Positions 8,424-16,409 of a DNA stretch of 20,000 nucleotides are shown here, in pieces. Location: IMG/VR virus record IMGVR_UViG_3300037067_005627. One strand, given 5' to 3'. The position numbers were made by a program, and so were the translations under genes. The first letter of the stretch is position 1; every line of letters begins with the position of its first letter. A model generated the notes under the pieces. That model did not search any database. It saw only the letters and a program-made list of their open reading frames with translations, and was not told the origin of the DNA. The stretch comes from an uncultured virus (IMG/VR IMGVR_UViG_3300037067_005627). Taxonomy: Duplodnaviria > Heunggongvirae > Uroviricota > Caudoviricetes.

Positions 8424-8932
8424 TGGAAAAGATAATTATCAATATCAATGGGCAGAAAGAGTTCGTTGCATATAAAAGTGCGGCTGGTGCTCTCTTCGCA
8501 CAGTTCATCCCCTTCCTTAAAACAATGGATTGCGCCACCCTCCGAGAGAATGTACGATGGGCTTACTGGATACTCCAAGTCATAGACAGGAAGGAATATA
8601 ACAGACGCCATAAGAAGACTTGGAAGTGGCTGTCTTCAGTGATGAAGGCTAAAGGGGATTTTAACCAAGAGCCTGTGGTCAAGTTCGTCATCAACTCCCA
8701 TCTTGCTTCTATTGACATGGGGCTTCTAAGGGGATTTGGATTATCCAAGGGGCACAGAACAAAGGGCAGAACTAAGGTGACAGGTGGTTCATACTCTGAC
8801 CCTGAACGCTATACTATCTATCCAGAGATAACTCCGAAGACTGAGTGGCCCGAAGTCCTGAAGAAGAAGCGATTTACCAGGAGACAAGGAGCGCACATCT
8901 ATAAGAACGTAAAGATAAGGGGGATAAAGTAA
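8423..8932 (+). CDS. Hypothetical protein
   Basis: 169-aa ORF translationally coupled (TAATG) to the PLP enzyme gene. Confidence 0.7.
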   Translation: MEKIIININGQKEFVAYKSAAGALFAQFIPFLKTMDCATLRENVRWAYWILQVIDRKEYNRRHKKTWKWLSSVMKAKGDFNQEPVVKFVINSHLASIDMGLLRGFGLSKGHRTKGRTKVTGGSYSDPERYTIYPEITPKTEWPEVLKKKRFTRRQGAHIYKNVKIRGIK

Positions 8933-9162
8933 TGGGAAAAGGGATTGTTAAGATCACTCCAAAACTGTTGCTTTCTGGCTTAGGCTCAGTTCCTGCGGAT
9001 TGGGAGATTGAAAGCATTCATATGAATCCTGGGGACGAGTACGCGACAGCGGTTATTACAGGTTTTGACTTCCCTGAAGTTCATGAAGATTGGCATGTGC
9101 GGGAATGTCGGATTATTGTTCATACAGGGCACACAACTTTTGAAGTGCAGGAGATATTGTAA
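8932..9162 (+). CDS. Hypothetical protein
   Basis: 76-aa ORF with TAATG coupling on both sides. Confidence 0.65.
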   Translation: MGKGIVKITPKLLLSGLGSVPADWEIESIHMNPGDEYATAVITGFDFPEVHEDWHVRECRIIVHTGHTTFEVQEIL

Positions 9163-9434
9163 TGAGACCTACAATGAAGATGTTTGTCAGGCGTCTTGAA
9201 CAGATGTTGGACAAAGCAAAAAGAGAGGATACGGCTTTGCGTCTCTATTGTCCAGGTGGGTTGAAATTCTCCGCCGCCTCTCATCCCACTTTAGGATTGG
9301 ATGGCGGAAACTGGTGCCATTATTGTAAGGAGTTTATGGAGACTATGTTGTGTCCTTGTGATAAATATGGCCCATATTCTTACGAAGAAGCAAGAAGGAG
9401 GATCGAAGAATGGAGAGAGAAGAATGTGGCGTGA
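9162..9434 (+). CDS. Hypothetical Cys-containing protein
   Basis: 90-aa ORF with TAATG coupling. It contains YCP, CHYC and CPC motifs, suggesting possible metal binding. Confidence 0.65.
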   Translation: MRPTMKMFVRRLEQMLDKAKREDTALRLYCPGGLKFSAASHPTLGLDGGNWCHYCKEFMETMLCPCDKYGPYSYEEARRRIEEWREKNVA

Positions 9435-9543
9435 TTTAACGACTGGCGGAGAAGGGATAGGGGCAACGAAAAGTTTTATCAAGTCGTTGGTGTGGCCATT
9501 AGTTATTATCCTTGTCGCTATATGGCTTTGGTGGGGATTATAA
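9424..9543 (+). CDS. Small predicted membrane protein (39 aa)
   Basis: ATG at 9424 after GGAG. Sequence MWRDLTTGGEGIGATKSFIKSLVWPLVIILVAIWLWWGL with a hydrophobic C-terminus. It exactly fills the gap to the next ATG. Confidence 0.5.
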   Translation: MWRDLTTGGEGIGATKSFIKSLVWPLVIILVAIWLWWGL

Positions 9544-9544
9544 G

Positions 9545-10507
9545 ATGTTGTTCACAAGATTCTCAAGAGGCGATAGTAAGGGTAAAAACCTAGACGCCCT
9601 TAACCATTCAAGGAAACTCAGGCAGGATTTCAAGACAGAGTTCGGGTGTATCCCGCGCTCTATCCTGGTACGTGACCCCACCGATAAGGCTATTGATCCT
9701 TCAGCTAAAGACAGGGGTTATATAAGGCTTAGTCGATTAGCCCTCAAAGAGAATGATGGAATATCAGATCGCAAGCTTCAATCAGCTTTTGAGACTGCAT
9801 ATCGTGGGGTCAGAGGTAAGCCAGGGGATAAGAAGACAACGGGGATGGCTCTATCCAGGTTCCCTCAGAATATAGGGCGTATCCTTGTCAAGTTCTACTG
9901 CCCTAAAGGGGGGATAGTTTATGATCCATTCGCAGGGCACAACTCTCGTATGCAACTTACTTTTGAAGCAGGTCGGAGTTACATAGGGTACGACATATCC
10001 AAGCAGTTCATGGAACACAACAGGGCGATCAGAGATATTCTGTTACAAAACCAAAAAGGTTCCCTTATCCAAGACGACACTTTCATTGATCTAAACGAGA
10101 GAAGTTCCCATGACACTGGTTTGGATAATGAGATAGCGGATTTTACGGTTACATCACCGCCATATTGGGACATAGAATATTATGGCGATGAGCCTGAACA
10201 ACTTGGCAACACAAAAACTTATGATGCTTTTTTAGAAAAGATCGGTCATCATATCGTGGAAAACTATCGGGCGCTTAAATCAGGAGCTTTTTGTTGTTGG
10301 TGCATCAATGACTTCAGAAAAGGCGGAAAGTTTTACCCCTATCATGCAGACCTTATCCCTATATTTGAAGATGCCGGATTTGTGTTATGGACGATTTATA
10401 TCATCGACTTAGGAGAGCCGGCACAAAACGCTTTTGTTAGACCAATGGTTCAGAGGATGGCGTTCCATAAGAGTCATGAATATTGCTTGGTATTTAAGAA
10501 GGGGTAG
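9545..10507 (+). CDS. Amino (N4-cytosine/N6-adenine) DNA methyltransferase-like protein
   Basis: SAM-binding motif I YDPFAGH (variant) and 'YIGYDIS' precede catalytic motif IV TSPPYW. Also 'YRALKSGAFCC' and C-terminal HEYCLVFKK. ATG at 9545 is preferred to the TTG at 9512. Confidence 0.85.
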   Translation: MLFTRFSRGDSKGKNLDALNHSRKLRQDFKTEFGCIPRSILVRDPTDKAIDPSAKDRGYIRLSRLALKENDGISDRKLQSAFETAYRGVRGKPGDKKTTGMALSRFPQNIGRILVKFYCPKGGIVYDPFAGHNSRMQLTFEAGRSYIGYDISKQFMEHNRAIRDILLQNQKGSLIQDDTFIDLNERSSHDTGLDNEIADFTVTSPPYWDIEYYGDEPEQLGNTKTYDAFLEKIGHHIVENYRALKSGAFCCWCINDFRKGGKFYPYHADLIPIFEDAGFVLWTIYIIDLGEPAQNAFVRPMVQRMAFHKSHEYCLVFKKG

Positions 10508-10516
10508 GGTAAAAGC

Positions 10517-10879
10517 ATGGAAGAAATGTTCATTAAGTTTATGGCGAAAGAACTTGAGAAATTGCTATCGAGGGAGATAGACGAATCCAAAATCCTTTTT
10601 GGCGGCAACAAAGGGAGGGAAGAGATGCTAAAGTTTACTGAAGATGAGGCTACGAAGTTGGCAACTGATCATGTCGAGTGGTTCCTATCAACACTCAAAC
10701 CGTTGTTAATTTCTCACTTCGTTCATGGCTTTAAACATGGGGTTGAAGATAGCAACAAGGACAAGATAAAGATAAACGTCACAGGAGCTTCTATATGGCC
10801 TGATCCACCATTTACAACAACAGAATCCCAATATACTATAGACGAAGCAGAGAAAGAAGCAATACTAAAGGCGCTTTAA
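10517..10879 (+). CDS. Hypothetical protein
   Basis: 120-aa co-oriented ORF filling the gap between the MTase and clamp genes. Confidence 0.65.
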   Translation: MEEMFIKFMAKELEKLLSREIDESKILFGGNKGREEMLKFTEDEATKLATDHVEWFLSTLKPLLISHFVHGFKHGVEDSNKDKIKINVTGASIWPDPPFTTTESQYTIDEAEKEAILKAL

Positions 10880-10891
10880 AAAGGAGCAACT

Positions 10892-11953
10892 ATGAAACGA
10901 AATCTTGTTAGTAGTGGAGCAAGAATAAACAGGGGAACATTGGATGCCAAATTAGGTATCCTCAAAGTTGCTTTAACTTCTAACGTAGCAGTTGAACAAG
11001 CCGGTTATCTGGTTATGGGAGGGCACTATATATCAGCCTTTGATGGAGAGGTAGGGGTGAATGTTCATCTCCCTGAGAATCTCCCTTCGGCGTGCGTAAG
11101 TGCAAAACCTTTTACCGAGTTGGTTAAAAAGGGCGGTGATTCTACAGTGGAGTTAGAGTTGCAGGAGAACAACTTGCACTTCAAATGCGGCCGAACAAAA
11201 GCGGCTCTCCCTACCAAAGAACTCAATGCGCCCCTGAGTCCTGAAGAGATAGAGGGGCTCGAATGGTTTCCTATCCCCAAAGATTTTATAATGGGGTTGA
11301 CATTGTGTGCGGAATCTGCGGCAACAGATATTAGCCGAGGGGTTCTGACTTGCGTTATGTGTGAGCGATCGGCATTGACCGGATGTGATTCATATAGGCT
11401 GATGCGGTTCGAGTTGGAAGAGGCGCTTCCTGATGAAGTTGAATCCCCGCTGTTCATCCCTGCAAGTAAGGTGCAAGCGATTTCAAAGCACGAAGTCGTG
11501 TCGTTCGCAGTAGGGCATGGGATGATTCACTTCTCTAATGCCGAGAAGGATTATCTCAGTGTGTCATTGTTGAGCGGCAACTACCCATCCATAAAGAGAG
11601 TCATTGATGATGCCAAAGGGGGTGAACCGATCACAGTTCCTGCCCCAAGATTGTTTGATGCCCTTATGAGGATAGAACCTTTGGCATCCGAGTCTTCAAT
11701 CGGAAAAGAAGTTGAGCTATCTTTCGATGGGGACATCTTGCTCTGCAAAGTGGCAAGCGATTCAGGATGGGCGAGTGAAAGTGTGAAGGGGTGCGAGAAC
11801 CCAACAGGGGAAGCCTTGAAATTCAGGATGCACATTCACCATCTTAAAACTATTCTTGGCATGGGAGTTAGTGGGTCGATTGTCAATAGCAAGGGCACAC
11901 TCTTATTCCAAGAACATAGGGTGTCGTATGTAGCCTGTAAAATATCTGATTAG
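10892..11953 (+). CDS. dnaN: DNA polymerase III beta subunit-like sliding clamp
   Basis: 353 aa, a size that fits three clamp domains. 'GCDSYRL' matches ATDGHRL and 'LLSGNYPSIKRVI' matches LIDGxYPDYxRVI. It sits next to DnaE. Confidence 0.82.
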   Translation: MKRNLVSSGARINRGTLDAKLGILKVALTSNVAVEQAGYLVMGGHYISAFDGEVGVNVHLPENLPSACVSAKPFTELVKKGGDSTVELELQENNLHFKCGRTKAALPTKELNAPLSPEEIEGLEWFPIPKDFIMGLTLCAESAATDISRGVLTCVMCERSALTGCDSYRLMRFELEEALPDEVESPLFIPASKVQAISKHEVVSFAVGHGMIHFSNAEKDYLSVSLLSGNYPSIKRVIDDAKGGEPITVPAPRLFDALMRIEPLASESSIGKEVELSFDGDILLCKVASDSGWASESVKGCENPTGEALKFRMHIHHLKTILGMGVSGSIVNSKGTLLFQEHRVSYVACKISD

Positions 11954-11964
11954 GAGGGCGGAAG

Positions 11965-12612
11965 ATGTGGTTAACAAAACCACGTTTTGTTATCGAGCAA
12001 ATTATGGGAATTGATAGCGACCCTTTGTTCCTTATTGAAGCCGCAGGAAGAACTTGTTACAAATCAGAAGGGAAATCAAGACCTGGTAGTGCTGCGAATT
12101 TTGTCAAGTCGCTTCGAGATAGGGGCCATGAATCAGTCATTGAACATTCAGCAATGACAGTTCGCTTTATAATTGACAGAGGGGTATCGCATGAATTAGT
12201 TAGGCATCGTTTATGCGCCTTTAGTCAAGAGAGCACCAGATATTGCAACTATGGTGGCGGGGTGACATTTATACTTCCGCCTTGGGTAAACATTCCGCCT
12301 GGCGAATATCTGAAAAGGATTAGTATTCGTTCGTCTTTAGCCGACGATATATGGTTTCAACATATGTTTAACACAGGACAGGAATACACCGCTTTACTCC
12401 AAGCAGGTTGGTCTCCACAAGAAGCCAGATCTATACTCCCTAATTCGCTCAAGACCGAGATTGTTGTCACGGCGAACTTCAGAGAGTGGAGGCACATCTT
12501 TAAGCTGAGATGCAGTACCGCCGCACATCCCCAAATGCGAGAAGTTATGATCCCTTTATTGGGTACGGTTCGTAACCAAATCCCTGTAGTCTTTGACGAC
12601 ATTCCTTACTAG
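11965..12612 (+). CDS. thyX: FAD-dependent thymidylate synthase ThyX
   Basis: GHESVIEH, signature HELVRHRLCAFSQESTRY, EARSILPNS and NFREWRHIFKLR...AHPQMRE. Confidence 0.96.
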   Translation: MWLTKPRFVIEQIMGIDSDPLFLIEAAGRTCYKSEGKSRPGSAANFVKSLRDRGHESVIEHSAMTVRFIIDRGVSHELVRHRLCAFSQESTRYCNYGGGVTFILPPWVNIPPGEYLKRISIRSSLADDIWFQHMFNTGQEYTALLQAGWSPQEARSILPNSLKTEIVVTANFREWRHIFKLRCSTAAHPQMREVMIPLLGTVRNQIPVVFDDIPY

Positions 12613-12622
12613 GAGCGAACAC

Positions 12623-15600
12623 ATGCTGAATCAGAACTTTGCCCACCTTCACGTTCATAACGAATATAGCCTTCTCGATGGTCTAGGAAAAGCAGAAGAG
12701 TATGTTGCAAGAGCAAAGGAGTTAGGGTTTTATTATCTTGCGCTTACTAATCATGGGAATATAGATGGGCTCATATCTTTTCAGAAAGCTTGCAGGAAGC
12801 AGAAGATAACCCCTGTCTTTGGGTGCGAACTTTATATTTGCTCAGGGAAAGCCTCTAGTAAAGAGGGGCGTCATAACTACCATATCACTACCCTTATTAG
12901 GAATCAGGCAGGATGGAATACCCTGTGTCGCATGTTGTCATTTGCTAACCTGGAAGGGTTTTACTATCGTCCCAGGATTGGCATAGAAGACCTATTAGAG
13001 TTCGATCTATCCGGGCTCATCATCATGACAGGTTGCGCCAACTCTGTCCTTATGTGCGAAGGGGGAATTGAACTCATCCAAGCCATTCAAGAGCAATACG
13101 AGAATGTCTTTCTAGAAATAATGCCTCATCAAACTCCTGAACAAAGGGAGCACTACCAAGTAATCAAGCCCTTGATCAAAACCTTCCCTGTAGTAGCCAC
13201 TAATGATTGTCATTATGTTATGGAAGGGGATTCGCTTCCACAAGAAGTCTTGCTTGCAGTTCAACGCTCTGCAAAGTGGAGTGACCCTAAGCGTTTTAAG
13301 TTCGACATCAAAGGGCTTCACTTAAGATCGGCGGAAGAAATGGTTGACGCTTTTCAAGAGCAAGACTTTTATCCCGAAGAAACTTGGAGACTAGCACTAT
13401 CTAATACGGTTAGAGTTGCTAAGATGTGCGGCCCTTTTCAAATCAGAAAGAGGCAAATCAATCTCCCAACAGTTCCAAAGCATGAAGGCAAAGACCCAGA
13501 CTTGTTGCTTACCAAGTTGTGTTATGATGGGCTATTCAGTGTGAGAGATCGGAACCTGATTAATGAAGTAGAGCTAGAAGAATACAAGGAAAGGATGGTG
13601 ACAGAGCTCGACCTTATCAAGGGCAAAGGATTCTCTAACTACTTCTTGATTGTAAGGGAGTTGCTTGATTGGTGCAAAGAGACAGGGATAATGTATGGCC
13701 CTGGGCGTGGAAGTGTTGGTGGTTCAATGGTAGCATATCTATTAGGCATAACAAATATCGACCCTATCAAGTTTAATCTCCTGTTCGATAGATTCATCAA
13801 TAAAGATAGAATCGACTATCCTGACATTGATTTGGACTTCGAGGACATATACAGGGAGAGAGTTAGGAAACACCTGGAAGAGACTTATGGAGAGAATAAT
13901 GTGGCAGGACTTTCCACCTTCCTTGAAATGAAAGGGCGTATGGTTATAAGGGATGTCGGAAGGGTGTTTGACTTGCCATCTTATGAGATTGATGCTTTTG
14001 CAAAATCTCTATGGAGTAAGGATGATAATGCGAAGATTCTAGGGGAAGCAAGAACAGGAGAAGGGAGAGCGTTAGCAGACGAACATCCTGAAGAGTATGC
14101 TGTTGCAGAGAGACTTGAGCAACAGATCAGGGGTGTCGGTCAACATGCAGCAGCAGTCATTGTTTCCAGGGATGATCTCACTGAAACAAATAGGGGGCAC
14201 CTTTGTAAAAGGAATGACCACCTTGTTATGAATTGGGATATGGGCGATGCTGAATATATGGGCCTTATGAAGCTAGATATTCTAGGCCTGGCAACTCTAA
14301 CTGTGCTGAATGAATGTAGCAGATTAGTAGGCGGCATAGATTTCAATTCGATCCCCTTAGATGATGGGGAAGTGCTTGCGTCTATAACAGCAGATAATCT
14401 CGCAGGTCTATTCCAACTATCAGGAAAGGCAACTGCTGATCTGCTTAACCATATAAAGATCAAGAGCTTTAATGACATTGTAATCATCATCACAGCATCG
14501 AGACCAGGGCCTGCTGATTCAGGAATGACTGCCGAATATATCAAGAGAAGGGGCGGGGGAGGGATTAGGAAAGAGCATCCTCTCTACCAGGAAGCAACAA
14601 AGGAAACGCTAGGGGTCGTCCTATTCCAAGAACAGATGATGGCTATAATGAACAAGGTTGCAGGGTTATCATATTCAACAGCTGACAATATCAGGAAAGT
14701 TATTGGGAAGAAGAGGGACAAGAAGGAGTTTGAGCCATATAGACAGGGATTCATAAGTGGGTGTCTTAGGAACAAAACAATGTCGGGAAGAGAAGCAAGC
14801 CTTTTTTGGGAAGGGCTGTTAGAATGGGCACGCTACGGATTTCCTAAAGCCCACGCTGTAGGATATGCGATGTTAGGATATTGGACAGCCTATTGCAAAG
14901 TTCGGTATCCCAAAGAATTTATATGTGCTGCTCTTGCTTACGGCAAAGATAAAGAAGGATACAAGGCTGACCTAGTTAAGTATGCAATAAAGGTGGGGCT
15001 TACAGTATCTCCGCCCAAAGTTGGGAAGTCCGATTCAATCAAGTGGACGGCAATAGATGCCGTCCTATACGCCCCTTTCATTGAGATTAAAGGGATAGGT
15101 GAGAAGACAGCGTTAGAGTTGTCTCAACGGAAGGAGGTTCAACTCGGTTTCTTTTCACGCCCTGAAATGGAAAAGCTCGCCGCAACAAAGGGAAACACTA
15201 AGACCTCCGCCCTTCTATCAAAGGTGGGGGCATATGGGGATGACATTCCAGAAGGGGCGCAAGAATATTTCTCTTTCCCAATTTCGGTTAAGGATAGCAA
15301 ATGGAAATGGTTGCCACTCGAAGGGGATAGGTTGCGTTTTCCCAAAGGGTTGATCACATCCAAGCACTATCGTGATCTCCATGTCTTAGCATGTACGAAA
15401 TGTAATCTGGCTAAGGAATGTTCCAAACCAGTCCTGACTTCTATAGGGCAGACCAATACAGTTATATTGGGTGAAGGGCCAGGGAAGAATGAGGACGCAG
15501 AAGGGCTCCCTTTTGTGGGGGATAGCGGGGAAGTTTTATGGGAGAGCTTGAATAGGCTAGGATATAAGCGAGAGTTCTTCCACATCATGAACGTAGTAAG

Positions 15601-15913
15601 GTGTTGGCCTTCTGAAAGCAAAACCCCTAGTCAAGAACAGATAGGGATTTGTTTCCCCTGGACAGCCTACGAACTCAGACAGATAGACTGCAAACTTATT
15701 CTGGCGTTAGGGAATACCCCATTAGTAGCCTTGACTGACAAACCAGGGATAACAAAGAAGACGGGCACAACTGAGTGGGTAGAGAGGGTTGGGGCATGGG
15801 TGTGCTGGTGCGTCCACCCATCGTGGGTTTTAAGAGGCAATGACCAGGATATTTTTGATAAAGGCATAGATAATTTTGTCAAACGGTTACGATTTTTAAG
15901 ACGAAATAAGTAA
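12623..15913 (+). CDS. dnaE: DNA polymerase III alpha subunit (family C, DnaE-type) with a C-terminal family-4 uracil-DNA glycosylase domain
   Basis: PHP domain HLHVHNEYSLLDG; GRGSVGGS; catalytic PDIDLDF and KLDILGL; YGFPKAHA; HhH IKGIGEKTA; clamp-binding-like QLGFF. The C-terminal UDG4 shows CTKC, GEGPG..ED...PFVG..G, NVVRC and HPS. ATG at 12623 follows AGGAG. Confidence 0.95.
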   Translation: MLNQNFAHLHVHNEYSLLDGLGKAEEYVARAKELGFYYLALTNHGNIDGLISFQKACRKQKITPVFGCELYICSGKASSKEGRHNYHITTLIRNQAGWNTLCRMLSFANLEGFYYRPRIGIEDLLEFDLSGLIIMTGCANSVLMCEGGIELIQAIQEQYENVFLEIMPHQTPEQREHYQVIKPLIKTFPVVATNDCHYVMEGDSLPQEVLLAVQRSAKWSDPKRFKFDIKGLHLRSAEEMVDAFQEQDFYPEETWRLALSNTVRVAKMCGPFQIRKRQINLPTVPKHEGKDPDLLLTKLCYDGLFSVRDRNLINEVELEEYKERMVTELDLIKGKGFSNYFLIVRELLDWCKETGIMYGPGRGSVGGSMVAYLLGITNIDPIKFNLLFDRFINKDRIDYPDIDLDFEDIYRERVRKHLEETYGENNVAGLSTFLEMKGRMVIRDVGRVFDLPSYEIDAFAKSLWSKDDNAKILGEARTGEGRALADEHPEEYAVAERLEQQIRGVGQHAAAVIVSRDDLTETNRGHLCKRNDHLVMNWDMGDAEYMGLMKLDILGLATLTVLNECSRLVGGIDFNSIPLDDGEVLASITADNLAGLFQLSGKATADLLNHIKIKSFNDIVIIITASRPGPADSGMTAEYIKRRGGGGIRKEHPLYQEATKETLGVVLFQEQMMAIMNKVAGLSYSTADNIRKVIGKKRDKKEFEPYRQGFISGCLRNKTMSGREASLFWEGLLEWARYGFPKAHAVGYAMLGYWTAYCKVRYPKEFICAALAYGKDKEGYKADLVKYAIKVGLTVSPPKVGKSDSIKWTAIDAVLYAPFIEIKGIGEKTALELSQRKEVQLGFFSRPEMEKLAATKGNTKTSALLSKVGAYGDDIPEGAQEYFSFPISVKDSKWKWLPLEGDRLRFPKGLITSKHYRDLHVLACTKCNLAKECSKPVLTSIGQTNTVILGEGPGKNEDAEGLPFVGDSGEVLWESLNRLGYKREFFHIMNVVRCWPSESKTPSQEQIGICFPWTAYELRQIDCKLILALGNTPLVALTDKPGITKKTGTTEWVERVGAWVCWCVHPSWVLRGNDQDIFDKGIDNFVKRLRFLRRNK

Positions 15914-15927
15914 TGAATTAAAAGGGT

Positions 15928-15956
15928 TTGACGTTTTTGTGTTATTCGTTTATAAT
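15928..15956 (+). promoter_or_regulatory. Consensus sigma70/sigmaA-type promoter
   Basis: TTGACG (15928-15933), 17-nt spacer, TATAAT (15951-15956). The hexamers are identical to those of the 6613 promoter. Confidence 0.85.
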
Positions 15957-15961
15957 TATTT

Positions 15962-16102
15962 TTCGTTCTGAGTCGGGGTGAGCTTATCATTATGAATAGG
16001 AAAAAGGCTGTTGATTTCCTGTCCCTTTGCAGTAGGGATATATTGATGGGTTAGCAGACAAAACCACCTTGTTCCTTTGGAACTTAACTGGCTCAGAACG
16101 AA
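15962..16102 (+). ncRNA. Putative structured non-coding RNA / leader (~141 nt, rod-shaped, ends paired)
   Basis: It begins at the expected +1 of the promoter. 15962-15976 pairs with 16088-16102 (15 bp, 2 G-U). Nested stems are 15998-16007/16067-16076, 16008-16017/16048-16057 and 16020-16026/16034-16040. The G-U pairs work only on the + strand. Confidence 0.6.
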
Positions 16103-16175
16103 TCTTATAATAAGGCAGGAATAGAATATGAGGAACAAGAAGAGCAGATGAAGGCTGAGAGGAAGGAGGGGAAAT

Positions 16176-16409
16176 ATGAGAGGAACAGTGGCAAAAAGAA
16201 TCCGGTCTTTGGCTCGGAAGATGGCGGCGAGAAACCCTACCGAGTATAAGATCAGGTGGTTCGAGAGACTGCTTGGCAAGTCTGGCCCTGATGGAAGGCC
16301 GGCCAGGGAAATGGTTGGGACAGTATTCTGCACTGGCTATCGCCGGGTCTATCAAGATACAAAGCGGGAAATCAAAGAGCTTAGGAGAGCGAATGGAAGA
16401 GTTCATTAA
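16176..16409 (+). CDS. Small basic hypothetical protein
   Basis: 77-aa ORF with a strong SD AAGGAGG. Confidence 0.7.
   Translation: MRGTVAKRIRSLARKMAARNPTEYKIRWFERLLGKSGPDGRPAREMVGTVFCTGYRRVYQDTKREIKELRRANGRVH

Noticed and set aside
9545..10879. Restriction-modification system
   Set aside because: No recognisable endonuclease motifs were found in the flanking ORFs, so the MTase appears orphan.
12623..15913. Intein or intron in dnaE, or in the helicase genes
   Set aside because: The polymerase motifs follow at normal spacing, and no splice-junction or LAGLIDADG motifs were seen. The extra C-terminal length is the UDG domain.
15962..16102. tRNA, SRP RNA or MITE interpretation of the inverted repeat
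   Set aside because: There is no cloverleaf or TTCGA T-loop, no SRP GNRA domain-IV motif and no evident target-site duplication. The G-U-biased pairing argues for RNA rather than DNA terminal repeats.
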